A stretch of DNA of 64,000 bases, taken from Podarcis pityusensis (Eukaryota). The DNA is taken from the NCBI GenBank assembly GCA_964106645.2, contig OZ067043.1; one strand, given 5' to 3'. Positions 13,701 through 26,030 of this stretch are shown here, piece after piece; within the stretch, counting starts at the first letter, position 1; each line of letters starts with the position of its first letter. The notes below the pieces were generated by a model. That model was not told where the DNA came from and did no database searches. It worked only from the letters and a program-made list of their open reading frames with translations. The translations under genes and the position numbers were made by a program.

Positions 13701-15086
13701 AGAAACCCATGTGTAGCATTCCAGTTCCAAAAACAGCCTGTGTGTGTATGGTTGCATGTTCTATGAATGCACACAAAATGGCTCAATTACTAGATTTTAG
13801 TACTTTTCTGGAGTTCAGTAGCACGCTGAATTCTGTCGCCTGAGGCACGCTCCCCCAGTTTGCCTAATGGTAGGGCCAGTCCTGACCAGAACTCAATTTC
13901 AATCTAGAAACTCAAGAATTTTCGGACGTTTCTGCCTAACTATTGAGTGAATAAACTTCATTGTTTAAAGCCATAGGCCACCACAATACAAGCGCAGCAA
14001 ACAAACGTTTTGACACATTCAGCAAATCTGTATATAAAAAAGAAACAGAACAATAATACTAACGCTCCCCCAGTGTAAATCATGCATTGCCCTTCTACAG
14101 TAAGCTGTCTAGGTATTCAAAATAACTATTGCCTAACTATTGTTTCGCAAAATTTCCATGGCCTTGTTATTTTAAGAGTTCAGGATAAGTTACCCAGTGA
14201 GTTTTTCAGGGTCTTCACGGTCTAGGCACTGAAAAGGCCCCATCTATTGAGCAAGGCTCAAAGGATTGCACGTTCCTTCCCACAAACAGTGGTTTTATTT
14301 TTCTCCCAGCCATCTTCTAACATTACGACTCTAGTGGTCTCCAGCCAATATTGAATCAGTAAAAAAAGAAAAGAAAATGAAAATAAAGAGAGTTCTTGTC
14401 TGAGTTTGGCACCTCTCCCTACCCTGAAAGAATAAATAAAAAAAGTATTGATTTGATTCCCCCTTGTGTTCTAGCAATGCTTGGATGTATCTCTTAGCAA
14501 TATTGTATAACGAAGCAGCTGCACCACCCAAAAAGATTTCTTGGCAGGGAGAGACCACACTTTACCTGCAGTCTGAATGGCATTTCGGGGGGGGGGGGGA
14601 CTCCAGGGATTCCCTGCTGAACTTGGCAGAGGTTCCACTAATGACTTCAGCAAAATTCGGATGCTACTGTCTATGCATTCCCTGCCCCCAATGGGTGTGT
14701 CTGATCGCAATGTGAAAACGGACATTCTTTTGCGCTGTATTCACGTAGATGTGGCAGGGGTAATACACGGATAATCAGTGCTGTGGGTGGACAAATGAAG
14801 GCATGGAAATGAGACAGAGAGAAAGAGTGCCATCACCCAGCACGAAGATGGACTCAGCCAGTTTTGATTTCTCTGCATCCCAGTCCCCTTCCAACTCTGC
14901 CTACCTCATCTGACGATGGGGAGGGCACTGCTGATTCCAAGCAGCCTTCCTGCAGGGTAGCATATCTCTTTTGGTGCCATTCCCTGCTTCTTATGGGTAG
15001 CCTTTCTGTTAGGGAAGTTAGAGAAATTTTGGCAGGGGCTGTGTGTTTACTTCTTGAAAGAGATGTGTGGCTTATTCATACAGCTG

Positions 15087-15355
15087 TACAGTGGTACCTC
15101 GGTTTAAGAACAGCCCTGTTTACGAACTATTCGGTATACAGTGGTACCTCGGGTTACATACGCTTCAGGTTACAGGCTCCGCTAGCCCAGAAATAGTACC
15201 TCGGGTTAAGAACTTTGCTTCAGGATGAGAACAGAAATCGTGCGGCGGCAGTGGGAGGCCCCTTTAGCTAAAGTGGTGCTTCAGGTTAAGAACAGTTTCA
15301 GGTTAAGAATGGACCTCCAGAACGAATTGAGTACGTAACCAGAGATACCACTATA
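15087..15355. mobile_element. Composite mariner MITE: family B left end (15087-15136) joined to family A copy (15137-15355)
   Basis: Two tacagtggtacctc starts 50 nt apart; the first matches the start of the 10464 copy, the second matches the 7391 copy. Confidence 0.8.
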
Positions 15356-15359
15356 CTTT

Positions 15360-15719
15360 TGTGAATTGTTATTAAGGAAATGATTGTTTTTCTCCTTCCA
15401 ATAAAGTACAGCAGAAAGGTTGTCCAAATATAAGCAGTTTACTTATTAAACCTCACCATAATTTCATAAATATCTGTTTTTGTATTTCTAATAGTATAAC
15501 TAAATCAGTAATTCTTGATATAACTGTAAGAACTACTCTGAAAATTTATTATTAAAAAAATGAAACCTTCACCTGGTTGTAAATATTAAGATTATACCAG
15601 CAAGAATGAGTCTTTCTGTAAAAAATAATAATATTCAAATCAAGTCTTACTGACTAGTGATTTAAATCGTGATGTAAATCGTGATTTACATCTATTTGAT
15701 TTAAATCAAATCCACCCTG
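15360..15719. mobile_element. Probable hAT DNA transposon terminal fragment
   Basis: AT-rich stretch ending in repeated tgatttaaatc motifs and the terminus aaatccaccctg; left boundary is approximate. Confidence 0.45.
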
Positions 15720-16399
15720 AGCCATAGGTAGCAAATACTGGTAGTTATATGGGCCCGTTTTAGTGATTACTTTGCCAGCAGATTTGTTTAGCTTAAAGTG
15801 CAGAGAAAATAAAACTCACAAATTTGCAGAATATATTCAAAATAAAAATGCGGGTTCAAAATGACAGTAACATTATAAACTCATTGATACTGGAAACATT
15901 GGGGAAAAGACAAAAGTCATTTGTCAGAACTCGAGCAAGGATGATGTTTGCAGCACAAAAGCAAATTGCCTTTAAACTGGGTGTGTGTGCTGTGCTGGCG
16001 CTTCAGCCTTTTAAAGCATTTTCATTGCTTCACAGAATGTTCCTGAGTCACATTTCACGTCAATGAGAAGGGCAATGGTAACAGTAAAGAAGTGCATTCC
16101 TGGTTTAGCCCACCACAGTGTATATATTCAATCAATGAAATATGTAAACACTGAAGTAAGCACATTGATGTGTGTAATTCATTACACAGAGCACTTGACA
16201 TATGAGGTGCTATGGAGCTTCAGTAACGGACAGGCATGCTAGACGTCTTTGCTTATCTCCACCAGCAAAGTAAACTATTTCTGGGTTTCTAGACTTCTAG
16301 GCATGTTCTCTGTGCTAAAGACACCAGTCCTTGGATTGAAAGGTAGGAAAGGTATCAGGACTGGTTATAGGTATCTCAGTAAAAGTATTTGGACTGGTT

Positions 16400-17008
16400 T
16401 GCTGCTGTTGTTTAGCCGTTCAGTCGTGTCTGACTCTTCGTGACCCCATGGACCAGAGCACGCCAGACACTCCTGTCATCCACTGCCTCCTGCAGTTTGG
16501 TCAAACTCATGTTGGTAGCTTCAAGAACACTGTCCAACAATCTCGCCTTCTGTTGTCCCCTTCTCCTTGTGCCCTCAATCTTTCCCAGCATCAGGGTCTT
16601 TTCCAGGAGTCTTCTCTTCTCATGAGGTGGCCAAAGTATTGGAGCCTCAGCTTCAGGATCTGTCCTTCCAGTGAGCACTCAGGGCTGATTTCCTTCAGAA
16701 TGGATAGGTTTGATCTTCTTGCAGTTCATGGGACTCTCAAGAGTCTCCTCCAGCACCATAATTCAAAAGCATCAATTCTTCCGTGATCAGCCTTCTTTAT
16801 GGATCACTTCATGGATCACTGCCTTGTCGTGGCAAAGGGGCTTGAATAACTCAGAGAAGCTATGAGCTATGCTGTGCAGGGCCACCCAAGACGGACAGGT
16901 CATAGTAGAGAGTTTTGACTAAATGTGATCCACTTGGAGCAGGAACCGGCAAGCCACTCCAGTATCCCTGCCAAGAAAACTCCATGGACAGTAACAACAG
17001 GCTTATAG
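16400..17008 (-). mobile_element. RTE-BovB element: 3' end on minus strand (16400-16802) plus inverted 5' segment (16811-~17000)
   Basis: Minus-strand ...LEKTLMLGKIEGTRRRG... BovB C-terminus and tail; the forward segment gggccacccaagacggac...ccactccagtat matches the remembered BovB 5' region; flanked by aagtatttggactggtt / aagtattcagactggtt. Confidence 0.85.
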
Positions 17009-17025
17009 AAGTATTCAGACTGGTT

Positions 17026-17369
17026 AAAGGTAAAGGGACCCCTGACTGCTAGGTCCAGTCACGGACGACTCTGGGGTTGTGGCGCTCATCTCGCTTTATT
17101 GGCCGAGGGAGCCGGCATACAGCTTCTGGGTCATGTGGCCAGCATGACTAAGCTGCCTCTGGCAAACCAGAGCAGCACATGGAAATGGCGTTTACCTTCT
17201 CGCCAGAGCAGTACCTATTTATCTACTTGCACTTTGACGTGCTTTCGAACTGCTAGGTTGGCAGGAGCTGGGACCGAGCAATGGGAGCTCACCCCATCGC
17301 TTGGATTCGAACTGCCGACCTTCTGATTGGCAAGTCCTAGGCTCTGTGGTTTAACCCACAGCGCCACCC
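17026..17369 (-). mobile_element. Sauria SINE
   Basis: Reverse (ACCTTT)n tail aaaggtaaaggg, body and tRNA-like head (ggattcgaac...ttaacccacagcgccaccc); TSD attcagactggtt / attcggactggtt. Confidence 0.9.
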
Positions 17370-19250
17370 ATTCGGACTGGTTATGGTACATCAAAAGGGA
17401 TGGTTATAGGTGCATCAGGCTGTTTGCCAGCATAGGCCAGTGTTGTGGACTTTCAGCATAACGATATGGGATGGGTGGCTCACCTTCCCCCCCCCCCATC
17501 AAATCATTCTTACCCATTGGTTGAAGTGGGAATCAAAGGCCATTGGAGGGGGGCATGGGCCCGCTGTGAATCATGCTGGGTGGGTGCAAAGCCCAGGAGA
17601 CCACAGAGGGCATCCCCTGCCATTTCCCCGCTAGATAGATGTGGGAATAGACTATGAGGCTGATGTAGATCATGGGGGACTGGGGACGGGCTGCTGAGGA
17701 GGCAGCAGACTCAGTCTCTAAGGAGCATGTTGCAGCTGTTGTTACCACCATGACAGCAGCAGTGGACAGTGGGATTCTGCCACCCGAAGTGTCCGTCTTG
17801 CCTTGTCCCATGGGTGGTTCAGCCCTCTGCATATACTTAACATATTATCGTTTGTCCTGTCCACATTTGGAAGTGAGGCAGGAATCGTTAGTCCTTATCC
17901 TGGGCAGAATTCTACTCCGGTCTGCTAGCAGATTTCTGGATTTCCTGGCTCTTGCTTACAGAGTTGCAAACTGTCTGATGTTGACTGCCCAAACAAGCTA
18001 ATTTTATTTGCACAAATGCTGCGAATTGTCAACATGGCAAGCTGGGATGGGGTTGTTCATGTTGCAGTAAGAGCGGGGTTTGTTATTAAAGGCATTCATA
18101 GCTTTTTATCGGAGTGCTCTTTTGAATGTAGAGTTATAGCTTTGGTTCGGCAGCGAATGAATCCGCATCATGCAATGCAGTTCCCAAAGGCCCTTTTCCA
18201 AATCTTCAGAGCAGAGTTTTGCAGAGTGCAATGCCCTCCATGCATCATTCTTTTTCTTATTTCTGAATAGGGAACTTCCAGCTCTTCTTGTTCCATTGCT
18301 AATGATGCGAGGCTATTAGCATGACCTTTGCATCCTGCCTGGGAGATTTAGAAGCTTCTGGTTTATTGCTGCTAGAAGCAGAAAGTTAAACCTGGGCAGA
18401 TCCAGGAAGGCAGTTCATGTAATCTTAATTTCTCTCTCTCATGAAGCTCAAGAGTGTGTTTTTTTGTTCCTCTTCTTTGCTCTTAAGGCTCACCATTCCC
18501 TTTTATAAACATTTCTTTATGGGCCAGTTCATATTTATGGGAAATTTATGAATTGAGCTGGACTCCTGCTTTAGGAGCCCACTCACTCTGGCTATCTATT
18601 TTTCTCAATGAGCTCTCACACAGAACTTGACTCAGAGAATGTGCCGGCTTCAGCTGTTCCTTTATTCTTCTTTATGTGGTTCCTGTTTATAATAGGTAAG
18701 CACGTTTCTGCAGATCCTCATTAACGTGTATGAGTTTGCGAAAGTTCTGCAGGTTTTATCAATACTGTTGTGTGCAGCTGTTGTCTGAATTTTGGCCAGT
18801 GAAGAAGGTGCAAGGCATTCAGCTAATGCAACATGTCAATGGAAAACTGCTCATACAATGGGGCCTTTCAAAATTTGTGTTTCAGTCTCAGAAGTGATAA
18901 TCCTTATCCCACTTTTCTTCCACAACCAAACTGCTGAATCTTAAAACACACACTCATTGACAATGGCTGCTTTTGGATGTTACCCTAAATCTGGGATCTT
19001 CATCATGGTGCCCTTCAGATGTTGTGAGCAACAACTCCCACCATCACCTACTATTGACCTTGCAGGTTTTAGCTGTATCCTCTGGTCTGCAGTGAGACAA
19101 GGCATGGTGCCAGGCAGCACTCAGGCTGGATGCAAGGAGAGGTTGAGCAAAGCAAGGCAAGACGTGAGGCAAGGCTCATCCTGTCCTATATGACTGCAGG
19201 GCTCTCGTGTTGCTTCAGCAACAAACTTCAGCTCAGCCCTCTACAGTGGC

Positions 19251-19533
19251 AGCATGCCAGAACCTTGCACTCCACTGTGCCATTTTACCCACCAAACAAA
19301 AATGCTGTCTGTTGTGTCAGACTGATGGGTAATACAGTTTTGTCCCGGCTTTTATCCATGCAATTACTCATTTTCCCCTCCAGGCTTGCCTCTCCCTCCT
19401 ATGGCACACGCACACACTGTTCTCTTGTTCAAAACAAACGGCTTAAAAATACATGCACTTTATTAAAGCTAGCACAAATAGACAGGGAGGTATACAGCCT
19501 GCTTTAGATGCATGCCCATGTCTTTCCATTGAA
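19251..19533 (+). repeat. Unclassified old repeat, copy 1 of an inverted pair
   Basis: Aligns to the reverse complement of 21291-21575 (ttgcactccactgtgccatt...caattactcatttyccc...ccctcctatggcacacgc). Confidence 0.75.
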
Positions 19534-19957
19534 AGCACAAATCACAGTTGTTAGCGCACGTTGCAATGGAAGGGGCTTTTTAAGTTAAATAGGCCAACTT
19601 CAGTGGTCTCCCACTGTGATGGAACAGCAGGGGCCTCTGATCTTACTGGGCCTTCTGCAATGGGCCACCAAGTCTGAGAATGGCAGTGCCATGTTTTTGG
19701 GCTGGAGGGATACTGGCTGCAGAGGCTCATCTGGTGGAAGTGCTTCTGCGACTGGCTCTGTGTGCCCTTCTACTTGTTCAGAGCTCTCAACATCATCCCA
19801 TGAAGAAGGCAAATTGATTCTAGGGTTGTGACAGGTTGATTGGAATGGAGGGCACCATGTCTGCTATCCCTGCGCTAACCATAATTTGGCACAACTAGAA
19901 TAAGTCTAGGTGAGCCTTGGACTCACATCTTCCAAGCTTGTGTTTCCAGTTTTCATC

Positions 19958-20507
19958 TGTTGTTGTTTAGTCATTTAGTCATGTCCGACTCTTCCTGACC
20001 CCATGGACCAGAGCACCCCAGGCACTTCTGTCTTCCACTGCCTCCCACAGTTTGGTCAAATTCATGTTAGTAGCTTTGAGAACACTGTCCAACCATCTCG
20101 TCTTCTGTGTTCCCCTTCTCCTTGTGCCCTCCATCTTTCCCAACATCAGGGCCTTTCCAGGGAGTCTTCTCTTCTCATGAGGTGGCCAAAGTTTTGGAGC
20201 CTCAGCTTCAGGATCTGTCCTTCCAGTGAGCACTAAGGGCTGATTTCTTTGATAATGGATAGGTTTGATCTTCTTGCAGTCCATGGGACTCTCAAGAGTC
20301 TCCTCCAGCACTATAATTGAAAAGCATCAATTTTTCGGCGATCAGCTCTCACTTCCATACATCACTACTGGGAAAACCATAGCTTTAACTATACGGACCT
20401 TTGTCAGCAAGGTGATGTCTCTGCTTTTTAAGATGCTGTCTAGGTTTGTCATCGCTTTTCTCCCAAGAAGCAGGCATCTTTCACCATCTACAGTGATCAC
20501 GGAGCCC
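19958..20507 (-). mobile_element. RTE-BovB 3' fragment with internal deletions
   Basis: Tail tgttgttgtttagtc; minus-strand ...GKALMLGKMEGTRRRG...; highly similar to the 16400 copy. Confidence 0.88.
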
Positions 20508-21290
20508 AGTGTTCATTAGCCACAGTTTATTGTGTCATCTGAACAAGAAACCCCTGTTAATGTTTAGTATGGTGTGCTTCAAAATGTCTTGTGAGTTTAG
20601 ACAACACGACAAGACTTGATAAATCAGAAATCGGAAGCTAAAGCTTCTCCCCATGGTTGCACCAGAGGGGGAGGGTGTAGCATGAGAGTCTAAAAATAAC
20701 AACAGTTTTATTACTTGCACCCCACCCATCTGACTGGGTTGCCCCAGCCACTCTGAAGCTTAACCAGGCTTGTTCTTGTCACTGTAAACTGTGGTTTAGT
20801 GTGATGTCTGAGCGTAGCCAATCAGAATACCAATGATGCAGTATTCTGGTAACCAGAGAGAAATATACAAGATACAGAATCTTTACTAATTACTGTAGCA
20901 TTTGTTCAGTCATGGTGGAAACCTAAAAACTGATGCTGTCAGGCATATTACCTTCCTCCACGCCTGGTGCGAGTGCCACAAAGTTGATGTTGGATGGTAA
21001 TCAATTTAATAGTCCCATTTGCACCAGGATTACTTTCCTCTATCTACTCGTGTACTATCACCAATTGTGCTTCAGGGAGGTGAGGGAACCCCCAGAACAG
21101 ATTTAGGGGGCATGTGAAAGGAGGGGAGAGCATTCTGTTGTGAAATCCCTTGGGCTGATGGAAGTGTAGCCTTGTTGAGTACAGCCCATCGTCAGCTGCT
21201 ACATATGGTGGTTGGGGGACCGTCTTAGATGTTGTACTTTTGCTCTTACCCCTACTGTCTGACTAGTGGCCCTGCATGCAAACCTAGGGA

Positions 21291-21575
21291 CTCAGTGGAA
21301 ATACATGGGTGTGTACCTGAAACAGGCTGTCTACCACAGCTCCCTGTCTATTTCTTACAGTTTTTATAAAATTCATCTATTTTTAAGCCCTGAGTTTTGA
21401 ATGAGCGAACTGTACGGGCGTGTGCCATAGGAGGGTGAGGCATGCCTGGAGGGGGAAATGAGTAATTGCGCAGATAAAAGCTGGAGCAGAACTGTATTAT
21501 CCATCAGCCTGACACAACAGAGCACATTTTTGTTGGGTGGGTATAATGGCACAGTGGAGTGCAAGTTTATGGCAT
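21291..21575 (-). repeat. Unclassified old repeat, copy 2 (inverted)
   Basis: Reverse complement of 19251-19533. Confidence 0.75.
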
Positions 21576-22093
21576 GATGTCACCTTACCTAATAAATCGG
21601 CACCACGGCCCAGTCAGGACAAGATTCTAAGTCTTGCCTGGCGCCTCTAGAGGTGCCTGTTTAGTCAGAGCAAACCTCAGCTAACAAAATCACAGGGAAG
21701 GCGTAATCCGCCAGGAGTTTCTCCTGCAGATTTCCCATTGAAATGAATGGCATTTGTGCAGCAATGTACTGCTCCAACCACTGCTCCCACCCATCCTTTG
21801 GGCAGCTGCCACTCATTTGTCCTTGTCCAGGGGATATTCTTGGTATTAACATTCCAATGCTGTTAAACTGAAGTGCAGTGATACAATAGGGTTGTTGTTA
21901 TTAATTCTTTAAAGAAGTCAAGTGGAAGTTTTTGAGAAGACGCAGTAAGAGAGGAGGAACACAGTTTTCTAGAGATAGTCCCAATACCATTCATTAGTAG
22001 CATGCAAATGACTGTACTGTATAAAAGTATACATGTGCCCTTAAAAGTTTTACTGACCAAAAATGAATTACACAGAGATCATAGTAATACTTG

Positions 22094-22453
22094 TACAGTG
22101 GTACCTCGCAAGACGAATGCCTCGCAAGACAAAAAACTTGCTAGACGAAAGGGTTTTTTGTTTTTTGAGCTGCTTCGCAAGACGATTTTTGCTATGGGCT
22201 TGCTTTGCAAGACGGAAACGTCTTGCAAGTTTGTTTCCTTTTTCTTAACACCGTTAATACAGTTGCGACTTGACTTCGAGGAGCAACTCATAGAACGCAG
22301 TGTGGTAGCCTTTTTTTGAGGTTTTTAAAGACTTTGGTGATTTTTGAAGCTTTTCCAAAACTTTCCCGACACCGTGCTTCGCAAGACGAAAAAAATTGCA
22401 AGACGACAAAACTCGCGGAACGAATTAATTTCGTCTTGCGAGGCACCACTGTA
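22094..22453. mobile_element. Tc1/mariner MITE family C (cgcaagacg-rich)
   Basis: ta-cagtggtacctcgcaagacg ... cgtcttgcgaggcaccactg-ta; further copies at 41000 and 56097. Confidence 0.88.
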
Positions 22454-22869
22454 TTTCCTTTATGGCATTCTTCCTCATAGTTGTCAGATAGGAGCCCAAT
22501 GCATTTTGCTTTTTGTGGCAAAGTATTTGGATCCTGCCCCTTCCCACTCCTTGGCAGTGTGCACCACATCAGAACTTACTGGTGCATTGTGAGATGCATT
22601 AAATAAATAGCCTCACACATCCACTGGGGGCTCTGTTCTGTAGTAATGCTTGTAAACGTAGGATACAGCATTCTCTGACACGCAGTATTGCGTGGACAAG
22701 CTGTCATTACTGTTCAAAATATTTAATTTCTGTGATGCCACTTGCAAAGTAAAGATGTAAGGCCAACGATACTGCTTAGGTTCATTCTTATAATAAAAAA
22801 TCGACATGTTTGGGGCCATTCACTAACCTACTCCAAGAGTAATAAGCACGCTCTGTCTTCACTTGCCAG

Positions 22870-22985
22870 GTTACAGTGTGACTGTCAGCACAACACCTGT
22901 GGAGCATCATGTGATCGATGCTGCCCAGGCTTCAACCAGATGCCATGGAAACCAGCCACAACCGACAGCGCCAATGAATGTGAAT
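22870..22985 (+). CDS. LAMA5: LAMA5 exon ~7 (LE)
   Basis: cag|GTTACAG...GAAT|gtaagt; 116 nt; LQCDCQHNTCGASCDRCCPGFNQMPWKPATTDSANECE. Confidence 0.96.
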
Positions 22986-24152
22986 GTAAGTTTTATCTTC
23001 CTATATACATAAAAATGTAAGGCTGTCATCAGGCAGCCTCCATGGGAGGATTTGTATCTCCTCATCACAATGCTGGATTTGCATGAAGTCAGGGTGGCCT
23101 AGGGGAGCGGAAGAGAAGGCAGCTTGCACAACACCAGTGGGTGATTTAGAAGTTTTGAGTAAAAAAGGGATAGAGAGAGCTGAGAGGAAAGTGGTGGTTT
23201 TAAACAGCAGAGATTGGAGTAAATAACCTTCATTCAGTGGAATATGTGAGGGGGAAAGGTTGAGTATAGCAAGAAGGGAGAGACACTAAAATGAAGAAGT
23301 TGCTTATTTTAAACTGCCATTTTCCTCTTTCTCTGCCACTGCTTTACTCCAACTTCTGCTGTTGTTTAACTACAACAGAAAGGAAGGAATGCTGAAAGGG
23401 GGGGGAAAGTCTGCTTCAAACTTTTCCCTCATGTGAGAGAGATAAAGGATGTGGAGCCCTCAAATATTCCATAGTACTTTCCCACAATCATGTATTCCAC
23501 TCCTAGTATCATGTGTTGTCTTCAACATGAAGCTCCAGTTTTAATGTAGTAATTTGGATGAGATATTTATTAACAAGGAAACAGTTAGTGCAGTGTCCAT
23601 CAACTGAACTTGACCTCTAATTGAACAAGCTAACTGGCAAGCTTGCACTTGAGATTCAGCTCATCTTCAAGATGCAGTAACATATATCAGCATGGGATGT
23701 GCTGTCAAAGTGGGCTGCAGAATAGGAGAGAGGAGGTGGCATGGAAATGGAAGGTTGGTCCATGTGCAAGGGAGAGTTAAGAAGAATGAGGAAGAGGGGG
23801 AAAGGGTGTTGTAGAAAAGGAGGGAGTAGAAGGCATAGGAGGGGGGTTGAAGATGGAAGCAGGGCCATGAAAGGGTCTGAAGAACAGGATGGTGGCTTCA
23901 TAGTTGGGTGGAAAGTGAAAAAGGGAGCTCAGGAGCTGCTGTGTGCGGGCGGAAGACGATGCAGGAGGTTACCACGGGGGCGGTTTGTGTGCCAGGTGGG
24001 GGATTGCACAGAAAGGGGGAGCAGCGTGGAAATGGAGCAAAGGTGAAAACAGGTGCAAAGTAGGACTGAAGAACAGGAGAGTGGATTCAGAAATGGGTTT
24101 GGTCAGGTGCAAAAGAAGCTTAGTAGTTGCATGGGGTAGGAAAGGGAAGCTC

Positions 24153-24272
24153 CAGTGACGTAGGAAGGGGGGTGTGGGTCGCCCTGGGTGTCATCACTGA
24201 GGGGGGTGACAAAATGGCAAAAATATGTGTTTTTGAAAAAATAACTCCTGCACGCCCCTTCCTACGCCACTG
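24153..24272. mobile_element. Short MITE with cagtgRcgtag TIRs
   Basis: cagtgacgtaggaaggggggtg ... cacgccccttcctacgccactg. Confidence 0.7.
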
Positions 24273-24384
24273 CAGGAGCACTCTCCCCTCGAGTGATTTC
24301 CAGAAACCAGAAGCGTTGCTACTCCAACCAGCCTTTATGGCCAGTAGCCTTCGACAGCCCTCTCCTCCATGAATCTGCCTAATC

Positions 24385-24583
24385 CAGAGGCGTAACTACG
24401 TGAGGCGGGGGGCACTGGGTGTCACACCGCGGGGCCTGCAGTGTGCCTGAGCCACGCTTCTCTCCTGAGGCGGGCGGACTGCCTGCAAGCTCGCACTGCT
24501 TTTTCAAGCAGTGTGGGGCTTGCGTCTGCCCACCTACAGCTGAGAGGGAGGCTGCAGAGAGGCTCCACACAGATACGCCACTG
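24385..24583. mobile_element. GC-rich MITE with imperfect cagWggcgta TIRs
   Basis: cagaggcgtaact ... agatacgccactg. Confidence 0.55.
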
Positions 24584-24596
24584 GGAAGCTCTAGGG

Positions 24597-24734
24597 GAGT
24601 GTTTCTCAACCTGTGGGTCCCCAGATGTTGTTGGACTACAACTCCCATCATTCCTAGCCAGCATGATCAGTGGTCAGGGATGATGGGAGTTGTAGTCCAA
24701 CAACATCTGGGGACCCACAGGTTGAGAACCGCTG
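24597..24734. mobile_element. hAT (Charlie-like) palindromic MITE
   Basis: Long inverted arms; perfect 8-bp TSD ctctaggg at 24589-24596 and 24735-24742. Confidence 0.9.
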
Positions 24735-25470
24735 CTCTAGGGGGAATGGAACGAGGGGATTTGGCAAGTGACATAAGCACAGGTACAGCCCCTAGTAGAA
24801 TTTTTTATATATAAAAAAACCCCGAACTGGTTCATTCAGCTGTTTAATGTTACAGGCAGTTGCAGAACCAGAAATGAACGCACTTGATTTACCTGACGGT
24901 CGGTGTTGGCCTGTGTTTCACTCACATGCAGGGTTCAAAGAGAACAGAAATCTGACACTCTCATGCTTCGTTGGCTTTTGTTGGAGTGCAGTGGGGAGGA
25001 TTCTGAAAATGAGTTTAAACTTAACCTCTTGTTCACTAGCCTAGCAGTGTGCGCGCTTCGCCCAGCAGATGCAGCTGATTCATTCTGTAATGGAGTATTA
25101 AATTAAAACAGTCACAACGCAGAGTACTAACCACTATACGATCACAGCCAAAAGAAGAAGAAGCAGAGAGTGGGAAGAAGAAGAGGAAGTTTTCACAATG
25201 GAACAAAAGTAAACAATGGGGTCCCCAAAGCACCTGTATTGGACCCTGAGCTGCTATTTAAGTTATTCATTATACATTATCCGGAGCTTGGTAAGCAGTG
25301 AGGTAGCTGGGTTGATACAAAACTGTTCCAGCTCTAGGAACTTCTGCAATCTGGTTGAATGGGCAGAAAGCATCATTCAAAACCCAGCAGTTAATTCTGC
25401 TACTACAGAAGGAAGAATATGTAAATCAGAGGCTGCTTCCGTTCTAACTCACCTTTTCTTGTCATCGCAG

Positions 25471-25589
25471 CCTGCAATTGCAACGGCCATGCCTATGATT
25501 GCTATTATGACCCAGAGGTGGATCTTCACAAGGCCAGCACAAATCGTGATGGTCAGCTTTCAGGTGGAGGTGTATGCATTGACTGCCAG
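25471..25589 (+). CDS. LAMA5: LAMA5 exon ~8 (LE)
   Basis: cag|CCTGC...TGCCAG|gtaagt; 119 nt; [39 protein letters not shown]. Confidence 0.96.
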
Positions 25590-26030
25590 GTAAGTCTTGG
25601 CTGGAAGTACTGCAGAACAAAGGGCGTTTGTGTCTCTTGGGTTGCTGTTGGCGTTGCCAGTGAAACTACTGCACTGGCCGTGAGAAAGCTGAGACCTGTT
25701 AAGAGGAAATGTGAGCTCTTAACGTTATCAGATTATATCCTAGAGGAAAATAACTGGAAAGGATCTGAAAAGAATATAATGCAGACTCTTATGGAGGCAG
25801 GATCCTTTAGGGATGGCCCATTGATCCTGACACGCAATGCAGATTATAGCATATCTCAAGTATCAAGAGCTGCTTCACTCCTTATGTAATTAGTGAGTGA
25901 ACTCTCACCTCCCAAATGTACTGCTAGAGGACCATGTAATGTGCAAGGCCCATATTAACATAGGCTACCTTATATACCTTATATATACCTTATACACCTA
26001 TATACTTTATATAACTATATACTTATAGAA

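Noticed and set aside
13195-13776. 193-aa minus-strand ORF in intron 6
   Set aside because: No recognisable domain or exon-like context; most likely a chance ORF.
3620-16060. Scattered AP-1 (TGAGTCA) sites as intronic enhancers
   Set aside because: Isolated 7-mers with no conservation or chromatin data; they cannot be supported from sequence alone.
22094-22453. CRISPR-like array of cgcaagacg repeats
   Set aside because: These are irregular sub-terminal repeats of a mariner MITE in eukaryotic DNA, with no constant repeat-spacer period.
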